64,000 nt of DNA from positions 32-64,031 of the forward strand of contig JBAZHQ010000001.1 of the NCBI GenBank assembly GCA_041652235.1, given 5' to 3'. The translations under genes and the position numbers were made by a program. Source of the DNA: Opitutaceae bacterium (GTDB lineage: Bacteria > Verrucomicrobiota > Verrucomicrobiia > Opitutales > Opitutaceae). The notes under the pieces were generated by a model, which searched no databases, was not told the DNA's origin, and worked only from the letters and a program-made list of their open reading frames with translations. This document shows positions 51,361-59,539 of this stretch, piece by piece (the first letter of the stretch is position 1; the number at the start of each line of letters is the position of its first letter).

Positions 51361-52485
51361 TCACTCCCCTTTTGGTTTGTCGCCCACGCCCCGCAGCAGT
51401 TTGTGTGCGGCATTGCGCATTGTCTGGCGGAGTCGTTCGTTCTCGGCCTTCAAATCCGCAATGTGCTTCGTCATCCGGTCGATTTCTGAGTCCTTCTCGG
51501 ATGACTGCACACCGTCGATCCATCCGCATTTTCTGAGGCGTGCCAGGAAATCCATCAGTCGGACGAGCTTCGCGGCTACTTCAGAGGATTCCATCAAGCC
51601 ATCGTGACTTATTTGCTCGCTCGCGGCCTTCAGGGACTCAATATGCTTCTTGACCTCGTGCAACTGTTCGTCCAGAGTCTCCGCTGGTTCTCTAGAGCGG
51701 TCGGGAATCATGTTGTATGCGAACGAGGTGCCGTCAGCGATCTCGTCCATTAGATTCTCGTTCTCGGCCTTCAGCCGCTCGACCTCTCGCCGCGCCATCT
51801 CACACGCCGGCCCCCAGTGGTTCGCATCGTAGCCCTTGTAGTCAGTCGCGGTCTTGAGTTGCTGCTTCAGGTCGCGTACCTCTTGCTCCCACTCCGTTGC
51901 GTCCTTGTTTAGCCGCCTGTTCTCGGCCTTCAAACGCGCGTTCTCTTCCTTCATGTCCGCGTTTTCGTGACGTGCTTTCTCCAGGCCGAGTTTGCAGTTG
52001 CTGAGCAGCGACCCCATGACATCATCGCCAAGTGGCCGCGTTGTCAACTCTGCGTTGTCCGACTTCAGGCTTTTGTTCTCGGTCTTGAGTCTCTCGACCT
52101 CCTTCTTGTACGATTCGAGGATGCGGTGTTTATCCCGAACTTGCTCCTCGAATTGGTGTTTCACCCTCTTGTTCTCCGCCTTCAGGTTCTCCAACTCGTC
52201 CGGCGTCTGCCAGCCGCGATGCTTCAGAACCTCCAGCACGGCCGCAATGCCATTGCTGTCGCGACAGATGGAGCTATTACCCTTGTATGCAAACCAAGCG
52301 TTCTTGAACGCATCGTACAGCCCCTCGTCGCCCGGCAGCAGGTCGCGGAAGTAGCGGCGTATGGCTTCGGCTGCAACCGCTTGGGCCGCCTCTTCCACTG
52401 CCTGCTCGCGCACATTGCCAGCCCGATTAGACTTAGCGTAAGCGTCGTCAAATATGGCACCCAGTGTCTTTTCGTTTTCAGCCAT
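51361..52485 (-). CDS. Long coiled-coil protein (374 aa)
   Basis: Repeated LKAEN/LKTEN heptad-like segments. It is the first gene downstream of the leftward promoter at 52530-52558. Confidence 0.55.
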   Translation of the reverse strand: MAENEKTLGAIFDDAYAKSNRAGNVREQAVEEAAQAVAAEAIRRYFRDLLPGDEGLYDAFKNAWFAYKGNSSICRDSNGIAAVLEVLKHRGWQTPDELENLKAENKRVKHQFEEQVRDKHRILESYKKEVERLKTENKSLKSDNAELTTRPLGDDVMGSLLSNCKLGLEKARHENADMKEENARLKAENRRLNKDATEWEQEVRDLKQQLKTATDYKGYDANHWGPACEMARREVERLKAENENLMDEIADGTSFAYNMIPDRSREPAETLDEQLHEVKKHIESLKAASEQISHDGLMESSEVAAKLVRLMDFLARLRKCGWIDGVQSSEKDSEIDRMTKHIADLKAENERLRQTMRNAAHKLLRGVGDKPKGE

Positions 52486-52529
52486 CGCGTTTCTCCCGCC
52501 TTGAGGCTTGAGGTTTGCCCCACACCCTA

Positions 52530-52558
52530 ACTATACAAAATGGTTGCGTAGGCTTCAA
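52530..52558 (-). promoter_or_regulatory. Sigma70-like leftward (early?) promoter
   Basis: Minus strand reads TTGAAG (52558..52553), 17 nt, TATAGT (52535..52530). About 37 nt upstream of the RBS/ATG of 51361..52485. Confidence 0.5.
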
Positions 52559-52564
52559 AAAGAA

Positions 52565-52576
52565 TTCCGCGCGGAA
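52565..52576. promoter_or_regulatory. Perfect 12-bp palindrome TTCCGCGCGGAA next to the -35 box
   Basis: Read directly. It lies 6 nt upstream of the -35 hexamer, inside the 560-nt divergent intergenic region. Confidence 0.55.
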
Positions 52577-53045
52577 CGTCGGCCCCACTTTTGTCTAAGT
52601 AATGTGTGGACCTGTTCCGAGACCCGGGTATCCCCATGGCCGAAACACTGCCGGCGTCACAGCCATCGCAAAACCTCGGCCCCGGCTCCCGCTTGGGTGG
52701 GCATCTCGTAGCAGCTCAGACTCGTGGGCTCCGGCATGGGAAGCAGGACTTCCCAGCGAGTCCCACAGGGTGGGCTGCCGCACCTCAAAGATGTGGAACG
52801 GGCCAGAGGAAGTCCAGCGTGTTCGATCGTGGTGCTACCATAATAAAATCTCCCGGCTCCGCCAACCCCTGCGACCGGGGCACCCGATCAGCCACGATCA
52901 CACGGCACGCAACTCAGTACTCTGGGAGCAGAATTCGATTCTGTTAACCGCCCAAATCAAGCTGCAAGGTCAAGCTGCTAGTGTTTGATCTCCTGCTGCT
53001 GTGATCGGGTGGAATGGGGGAGGATATCACAACGGAGACGAAAAC

Positions 53046-54008
53046 ATGGACATTAGCAGCATCTTAAGTAAGAACAGCATCCCGTTTGTAGAGGAGGGAA
53101 ACAACGTCAAACGGGGGCACATAAACATCAAGTGTCCCTGGTGTGGAGACGCAGATCCAAGCCAGCATCTCGGGATCGAATTAAAGACTGGGCGGTGGGC
53201 CTGCTGGAGAAACACTCTCCACCGAGGGAGAAATCTTCAAAATCTTCTAATGAAGCTCCTTGGGTGCTCCTACGACGCCGCCAACGAAATGGTCGGCGAA
53301 TCCCGATCGTGGCGGGAAAGCCTCGGAAGGCTGACCGTCGACGTCGATGTTGCCGATGTAGAGCCGGCCGAACGAGAGAAGCCGCTGTTCCCCGGGCTCG
53401 ACGATCTGGATAAGCACCGACGAACGAGAACGTCCCCGTATAATCGGTTCTGGAACTACCTGGAGTCCCGGGGGTACAACTTCACGGACGCCTCGATAAT
53501 CGCCTGCAGATACAATTTGAAATGCGCCCTGACCGGACCCTTCAAGAACCGAATCGTCTTTCCAATCACAGCCGATCAGGATGTTGCCGGCTATGTTGGA
53601 CGTTGCATAGACGGGGGTTCTCTTCGATACCTATCGCTCCCCGGGCCGGCAGTGAAAAACAACATCCTCTGGTTTGACTCCGTTGCTTGTGGTGGACGAA
53701 GATTGTACATATGCGAAGGCCCGTTTGACGCACTGAGAATCGATTTCGCGTGTGCGTCTCAGTCCGTTCCGGATCGGGCAACATGCCTGTTTGGAACCTC
53801 GGCTACCCACGGGCAGATTTCACGGCTGTTCTCTCTCCGCTGCCGCTTCGACGAGTTCGTCGTCCTGCTCGATCGAGACGCCCTCTCGGGTGCCACGTCC
53901 TTGCGGGCAGAGCTGTCTGTATTAGGCGCGCGGGCCGTGGTGCTCCCGCCCGGAGCAAAAGACCCGGACGGTCTGACCCTCCCACAGATGCGCCGCCTCG
54001 TAACCTAG
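53046..54008 (+). CDS. DNA primase (zinc-ribbon plus Toprim, T7 gp4 / DnaG-like)
   Basis: The only convincing + strand gene. CPWCGD...H...C..N.LH zinc ribbon, Toprim LYICEGPFDALR and VVLLDRDALSG. ATG follows GGGGGAGGATATCACAACGGAGACGAAAAC. Confidence 0.65.
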   Translation: MDISSILSKNSIPFVEEGNNVKRGHINIKCPWCGDADPSQHLGIELKTGRWACWRNTLHRGRNLQNLLMKLLGCSYDAANEMVGESRSWRESLGRLTVDVDVADVEPAEREKPLFPGLDDLDKHRRTRTSPYNRFWNYLESRGYNFTDASIIACRYNLKCALTGPFKNRIVFPITADQDVAGYVGRCIDGGSLRYLSLPGPAVKNNILWFDSVACGGRRLYICEGPFDALRIDFACASQSVPDRATCLFGTSATHGQISRLFSLRCRFDEFVVLLDRDALSGATSLRAELSVLGARAVVLPPGAKDPDGLTLPQMRRLVT

Positions 54009-54216
54009 TCTGGGGGAGACTCCCTGTGTTATGTATCCCGAGACTCCGAAGTCTCCCGACTCAGGCGTCGTACCCACCAACACTGGCGTCGGTGGGCATC
54101 GCCTCGCACGGCCCCCAGCAGCCCCGCCGTTGCGTCCAGGGAAGCCCCATGGGCCTGGGAGCCCCACAGCGTTTACGGGGGCGCTAAAGGGCCTTGTAGG
54201 GCCTCCTTCGCGCGCC

Positions 54217-54258
54217 GGGCTCAGACTTGAGCCGGCCGGGCTCAGACTTGAGCCGGCC
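54217..54258. terminator. Tandem 2 x 21-nt hairpin repeat between convergent genes
   Basis: GGGCTCAGACTTGAGCCGGCC occurs twice, each forming GGCTCA-GACT-TGAGCC. The second copy contains the stop of 54242..54667. Confidence 0.55.
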
Positions 54259-54667
54259 ACTTGCCCAAGGGGCAGACCTCGGTGGCCATCCGTGCCTTGT
54301 TCGCCATCGGCCACGGGCTGTGACTGACCTTGCAGCCGCAGACGGAGCACGAGCCCCCGGCGTACTTCTCGCACGCCTGGCATGTCACCACGATCGCCGT
54401 GACCTCGCCGTCCGACCGCACCGGGCAGCCTGCCCGCGCCCAGCGGAGCAACGCCGCCGCGTAGTGGCCTGTCTTCGCCGGCAGCGACGGGCCGATGGTC
54501 TCGCGGTAGGCCGTCTCGGCGGTGGCCAGTTCCGCCTCCCGCTTCGCCCGGGCCTCGGGCGTGTCGGCGCCGGGGCAGTTGCGCCTCGGCCACTTGCCGC
54601 CGCGTTTCCACCGCCAGCCGCAAACGGTGCAGCGAGTGTTGTCGGCGTTGGGGATGCAGTCGGTCAT
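54242..54667 (-). CDS. Cys-rich small protein (141 aa)
   Basis: Internal ATG (MTDCIPN) with an ATGA overlap. Multiple CxxC pairs (CTVCGW, CQACEKYAGGSCSVCGC). Confidence 0.45.
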   Translation of the reverse strand: MTDCIPNADNTRCTVCGWRWKRGGKWPRRNCPGADTPEARAKREAELATAETAYRETIGPSLPAKTGHYAAALLRWARAGCPVRSDGEVTAIVVTCQACEKYAGGSCSVCGCKVSHSPWPMANKARMATEVCPLGKWPAQV

Positions 54668-55182
54668 TCTGACAACGTGTAGATATAGGCGGTTTGAGAC
54701 GTGCCGCCGCAAGGCGCAGCGCCGGCGCGACCATATTGAATGTCGGCGGAAATCGGGCGGCAAGGATTTCCAGCGGATGGGCGATTCCCCACAGCGTAGT
54801 AAATTACGTGCAGATGCGCGCTTTCCGTGACACCGGCAACCCACGCATCGGATCGCAACCATGCGCCGATCCGGTTGTGCACATAGGAGCCATCGTCGCA
54901 CACCTCCCCGACCCCATAGTCCCACCAACAATATCCGCTCGGATCGCCAGCGACACGCGACAGAACGTAATCGCCGTTGAGGTAGGCATATTCTGCAGTG
55001 AAGCCGTCAGCGTTGAGGTTAATTTCGTCTGGAAGTTCATCTGGGCATGATCCGCATTCGCTTGTATCTCCATCCTCACAGCACGGATCGCCGCACACCC
55101 CGAACCGCCCGAGCGGATTGAGCGCCATCCCCGGCAGCCAGAGCGTTCGGCGCGGCGTCCAGATGTGAGGAAGGGTTAGCAT
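54664..55182 (-). CDS. Hypothetical tail-module protein (172 aa)
   Basis: Internal ATG (MLTLPHI) and a Cys/Asp-rich segment CGDPCCEDGDTSECGSC. Confidence 0.4.
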   Translation of the reverse strand: MLTLPHIWTPRRTLWLPGMALNPLGRFGVCGDPCCEDGDTSECGSCPDELPDEINLNADGFTAEYAYLNGDYVLSRVAGDPSGYCWWDYGVGEVCDDGSYVHNRIGAWLRSDAWVAGVTESAHLHVIYYAVGNRPSAGNPCRPISADIQYGRAGAAPCGGTSQTAYIYTLSE

Positions 55183-55790
55183 GGGGCCATGTCCGCGTAC
55201 CAGACACCATCCGGCCGCCGGCGAATCCGAACCCACGAGCCCGACGCGATCGAGCCGGTGGTCATCGTCGGCGGGGCCTTCACGCCCTCGATATCCTCGC
55301 CCGTGTCTTCGCTCCAATCGTCCGACCAGATCGACACGGTTTGCGTCCCGTTGTACGCCAGGGCGTCGTCGAGCTTGCCCCACTTAACTAGATCGCCACC
55401 ACTAATAACCAACCCAAGCAGCAGCTTAGTTGTGGAGTTGACCACCCGCAGCACGTTGACTATTGGATTGCTATCCTTCTCGATGGTGCCCTGATCTTCT
55501 ACCCAGCCCCATTGCTCGTCAACGGCCGGGGTGCCGGTCTCGTATGCAACCAACACGACGGGGCCGAAGCACACTCGACCGAATCCACCGACGGGAATGG
55601 GCGTTGGTCCATTGACGGCATAGACAAGTCCAGCCGTGCTATCCGGCTGGGTCACCGCCACGATTGATCTGTCAAGGCCGTCCCCGCCAGTGCAAACACG
55701 ACACACATGCCGAGCACCTATCACAGCAGAACCGACATTCTTGGCCGGCCGCCAGGTGAACAGCTCAGCATCGGTCAGGCGTTGTACCAT
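55176..55790 (-). CDS. Hypothetical tail protein
   Basis: 204 aa, tightly coupled within the tail operon. Confidence 0.45.
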   Translation of the reverse strand: MVQRLTDAELFTWRPAKNVGSAVIGARHVCRVCTGGDGLDRSIVAVTQPDSTAGLVYAVNGPTPIPVGGFGRVCFGPVVLVAYETGTPAVDEQWGWVEDQGTIEKDSNPIVNVLRVVNSTTKLLLGLVISGGDLVKWGKLDDALAYNGTQTVSIWSDDWSEDTGEDIEGVKAPPTMTTGSIASGSWVRIRRRPDGVWYADMAPC

Positions 55791-57532
55791 CAGGGTGTCC
55801 CCGCACGCAGTTGATATTGATGCAAGGTCAGACGGTTGGCCCTGTTCTCGCGAAGACCGGACTTCACGCTGCCCATCAGCTTGCGGTATGTGAGGGGTTG
55901 GACGTGGCGAAGCTGCTCGCTGTTGCGGCTGACGGTGGTAGCGCAGCCGCTCTTGCCGACGCTAAAACTGATCTGTTGGATGGCTCCGTCCAACTCTATG
56001 TACTTCAGACCGGCATAGGTGATACTCTGTGGTCGGGGCGTCTGGTACTGGTTGATCAGTCCATCAAGGTAGTGATTGGCCCGCTCTTGCAGCATGTCCA
56101 AATTGCTGAGGACAATCCCCAGCTCGTAGTCGTAGCGAAACCACACATAGAGATCCGGATAGAACTCATACCTGGGCTCACCCCGATTGCCCACCTCGGT
56201 GTCTCGGTAGAAGTAGTGGCGGACTGGCGAGAAGGTGCCAGGATCCAAGATGGTGATCGCAGCCCTCAAAACTAGCTTAGCCGGCGCATAGATTCCATAT
56301 TCTGAGTTGCTGGGCTTAGAGTAGATCGGCCGATCGAAAACCACGTAGTGCCACTTCGCACTGCCTAGTTGCATCTCGCCGCCGAGGTGCCAGTTGACAT
56401 TATGTAAGGCTGCATCTTCCTGCTCGTCGTAGGAGATGACCGGATCAAACTGGTACGGTGCAATGTTAAACGTCCTTACATTGTTGCCGGTGCCCCCGTC
56501 AAACTCATTGTAGAATATGCCCCCGATAACTGCGGCCGAACATCGTCGCTGCTCTTCGGAGATGTTCCAGTCCTCAACAACGTACTCGCACTGAGTGTCC
56601 TCAATCCTAATCTGCCAGGGGTACTGTACCTCGCTGTTATCATTTCCGTGGCTATCCACAAACCCAGGCACCCGCAGCGGGAACTTCACTCGGTAATACC
56701 GAAACACCGATTGCAGAGCGAAGTTGCGCTCCTTCAGATTGTCGATGCAATCGTAGCCGTAGAGGTCCGCCCACTCCCAACCCTCGTCCGGCTTGTAGCT
56801 CAGATCGTCAATGGCCTTGATCGTGTTCTTTCGATCGTTTTCGATCCCGCACGCCTCCAGCTCCATATCAACCTGATACCTGGTCGGCGGCCCAACAACA
56901 CAGATGCGACGAGGGATGGCTGGGATCTCCAACGCTCCGCTGCTCGTCACCACGTCAGGCGTCTCGGGCAGCTCTGCACCAATTCCGACTCTGCAGATTC
57001 GCACCCGGTTGTCCAGTCCCAGTACCACATTGAATCCAAACTGCCCGCACATATCTTCTAGGACGGCTGCCGGCAGAGCCTTGTCCCACATCACCTCGGG
57101 CCGTTCGGTAGTTGGCAGTGCGCTGACATCATAGTCCGTCTCTCCCATTGCCAATAAACAGGCGGTGGCCAAGTCCTGCAACGTCGCCTCGGTCACGCGA
57201 ATGAGCGAGTTATCCTCGTAGTGCAAATTGGCTCCCTTGCTGATCTCGCCCCCGCCCCCACTAGACTGCCACAGCCACCTGCGATCGACGATCGCCAGCC
57301 GCCAGACCAGGCCGCTCTTGTTCCGCTCAAAGCTGTTTGTAAGCAGCTTAGCGTTGGGCCATTGGAGAGTGGTCTCGCCATCGAAGAAAACCAGCGTGCC
57401 GATTTCTGCGGTGAGGTGTAGCTGGGGTGCAATGGTCAGTGTAGCGGTAGACGGGGAGACTCCAACCGCGAAGGATATAGAGCCCTCCACGATCTGATTG
57501 ATGCCCGGGAAGTAAGCTAAGCCCTGTCTCAT
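55790..57532 (-). CDS. Tail tip / baseplate protein
   Basis: Internal ATG (MRQGLAYF) with an ATGA overlap. 580 aa, located downstream of the tape measure and the Dit-like gene. Confidence 0.5.
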   Translation of the reverse strand: MRQGLAYFPGINQIVEGSISFAVGVSPSTATLTIAPQLHLTAEIGTLVFFDGETTLQWPNAKLLTNSFERNKSGLVWRLAIVDRRWLWQSSGGGGEISKGANLHYEDNSLIRVTEATLQDLATACLLAMGETDYDVSALPTTERPEVMWDKALPAAVLEDMCGQFGFNVVLGLDNRVRICRVGIGAELPETPDVVTSSGALEIPAIPRRICVVGPPTRYQVDMELEACGIENDRKNTIKAIDDLSYKPDEGWEWADLYGYDCIDNLKERNFALQSVFRYYRVKFPLRVPGFVDSHGNDNSEVQYPWQIRIEDTQCEYVVEDWNISEEQRRCSAAVIGGIFYNEFDGGTGNNVRTFNIAPYQFDPVISYDEQEDAALHNVNWHLGGEMQLGSAKWHYVVFDRPIYSKPSNSEYGIYAPAKLVLRAAITILDPGTFSPVRHYFYRDTEVGNRGEPRYEFYPDLYVWFRYDYELGIVLSNLDMLQERANHYLDGLINQYQTPRPQSITYAGLKYIELDGAIQQISFSVGKSGCATTVSRNSEQLRHVQPLTYRKLMGSVKSGLRENRANRLTLHQYQLRAGTP

Positions 57533-58791
57533 GCTGAAATATCCAAGGTATGCCCCGCCGCAATATCGATGGTGACATCCGCCGGCTTGCAAGCGTTGAG
57601 GACGATGCCGTTGGAAAGAGTAACGACGCCGTATGGATCTTTGTAGCTGGCACCAGCATTCATCGTGAAGTTCGTGATGGTCTTGGCTGCCAGGCTCTTG
57701 GCATGATCATACACGGCCTTGGCGAGCATCACGAGCGTCGTGAACGTGCCGGTGCTCTGGTCAATCAACGTCCCACCTACCGTCCCGGTGCCGACGGTCG
57801 CGGACCCACCAACCGTCGTTTCACCATCGTACTGAGTGAATGTGGTGACGTTGGACGCAAAGCTCAGCTTGCCGCCGGCCTTGAGGATCGTAGTCAAGGT
57901 AGCTCCCGATCCGACGGTCACATTCGCATCGCCCAAAACACTGGTGAGGTAGCCGATCGTTAGCGTGGCCACGACGGACGTCTCGCCAGTGAAGAAAGCG
58001 ATGCCAACAGCGCCCTTCAGCACCGTCACTGTGTTGCTGGCGTGGCTACCCTTCAGCAGCACCGCTGGAATGTAACTCTCAGCCTGCGATCCCGCGTTGA
58101 CGATCTGGGCTGCTGTCTGGACAGAACCCACGTCAATCTTGATTCTACCGCTGCCCACTCCGTCGCCCTCGCCGATCCGCAACAAGGTAGCGCCAACCTG
58201 TAGGTACTGATCGCGGTACTCGTGGTAGGCACTGCTCCCGCTGCCGTTGGTTTGGGGTAGCCCAATATATCCTGTGTAAGATTGCTTGATGATCAAGGCC
58301 GCCAGGGTAACGGCATCTAGTGCATCCAGTCCGTACAACACAGAGCTGGCGTTGTTCTCGAACACCAGGGTATCGGTGTCGACGGGCAGCACGCCGCCGC
58401 TGTAGTTAGCGAGGGTGGAGGCGTCGTTCGGCCCGGACGAAACGGTGTCCGGCGTCAGCTCGATCGTCTCGTCGTCGTCTGGGATCGAAGCGACGGTGCA
58501 AGTGAACGGCTTGCCGGGCACGTCGGCGGTCAGTGTGAACGTCCCATCCTCGTTGTCTGCCGCTGTGATCTCGGCAAACTCCGGGGCGATGGCGGAAGTG
58601 AGCGCGTTCCAGGCTGCCACGCAGGCGGCTGCCGCGATCACATTCGTTGCGCCACCAGACACTACCGACAGGGTCTTGCTGCCGATCGTGAACGTGAACA
58701 CGTCATCGGCCGCGACCGTCCCGCCGATCGTTACCAGATCAACCTGGGCAACCGCTGCGGCATCGCCCCGCCATGTAATTGTGGATCCCAT
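57529..58791 (-). CDS. Tail tip protein with a Gly/Thr/Val-rich beta-helix-like repeat region
   Basis: 420 aa with a repetitive T/V/G/S-rich C-terminal half. Confidence 0.45.
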   Translation of the reverse strand: MGSTITWRGDAAAVAQVDLVTIGGTVAADDVFTFTIGSKTLSVVSGGATNVIAAAACVAAWNALTSAIAPEFAEITAADNEDGTFTLTADVPGKPFTCTVASIPDDDETIELTPDTVSSGPNDASTLANYSGGVLPVDTDTLVFENNASSVLYGLDALDAVTLAALIIKQSYTGYIGLPQTNGSGSSAYHEYRDQYLQVGATLLRIGEGDGVGSGRIKIDVGSVQTAAQIVNAGSQAESYIPAVLLKGSHASNTVTVLKGAVGIAFFTGETSVVATLTIGYLTSVLGDANVTVGSGATLTTILKAGGKLSFASNVTTFTQYDGETTVGGSATVGTGTVGGTLIDQSTGTFTTLVMLAKAVYDHAKSLAAKTITNFTMNAGASYKDPYGVVTLSNGIVLNACKPADVTIDIAAGHTLDISA

Positions 58792-58795
58792 GTTA

Positions 58796-59539
58796 TCATC
58801 CTAAGTGAAAAACAACGCCGGCAGATGCGTTCGGATAAGCACCCAGCGGCACGTTTGCGGAGAACTCGTAGGCCCAGGAAGTGGTGCGCTTGCCGTACAA
58901 ATCAGACGGCTTTTCGTAGGTTATGTTGCGGCGATCGCCATGTTCCCATTGGGGCCAGATTGGAGGTGACGGTGGCCAATGCCCCAGATACTCATTGCGG
59001 TGAGCAGAATCCGGAACACAAACAGCAGAGCCGCGCTGGGAACATCGAACGACCGATTGCTGCATGAACATCTGCTGCTGCGGTGGGCCGTTCAGCACCT
59101 CTAAGAATCCCCACACTGGTCCCCCGGTGCCCGTGAACGACAAAGACTCGGACCAGCTCAACAGGACGCTTCTATCCGTATATGCATACTCGCCCTCGAC
59201 CGCCAGGGTATAGCTGCGAAAGGTAGAATTTTCGGCCCCGTTCCCCTTGGGAAAATGTGGGGGCAGAACCACGCGGGTACCGTTGATCGTCTCGGACGAT
59301 CGGAGAATATGGCTAGACCCCGACAGGTACAAGTCCAGTCCGTTCACGCTGTAGGCAGCCAGCAGTGCAGCGACCTTGCTATTCACATCTGAGACCGACG
59401 TCCCGTGCAGCCGCCCGTTGACCGTCCATCGCTCACGGACAGCATACATGCGACCCAGCTCGGACACGAGACCGTCTCGGGAGATGCTTACCTCAGCATC
59501 ACCGACGTCGTGCTGATAATTGCCATAGATTAGGTTCAT
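58796..59539 (-). CDS. Distal tail protein-like
   Basis: 247 aa, immediately after the tape measure (ATGA overlap). The call is based on position. Confidence 0.45.
   Translation of the reverse strand: MNLIYGNYQHDVGDAEVSISRDGLVSELGRMYAVRERWTVNGRLHGTSVSDVNSKVAALLAAYSVNGLDLYLSGSSHILRSSETINGTRVVLPPHFPKGNGAENSTFRSYTLAVEGEYAYTDRSVLLSWSESLSFTGTGGPVWGFLEVLNGPPQQQMFMQQSVVRCSQRGSAVCVPDSAHRNEYLGHWPPSPPIWPQWEHGDRRNITYEKPSDLYGKRTTSWAYEFSANVPLGAYPNASAGVVFHLG

Noticed and set aside
52900-52950. Possible tRNA T-arm GCAGAATTCGATTCTGT on the + strand in the divergent region
   Set aside because: The loop does not fit the TTCRANN consensus once a 5-bp stem is imposed, and no complementary acceptor strand (GCGGTTA) occurs upstream.
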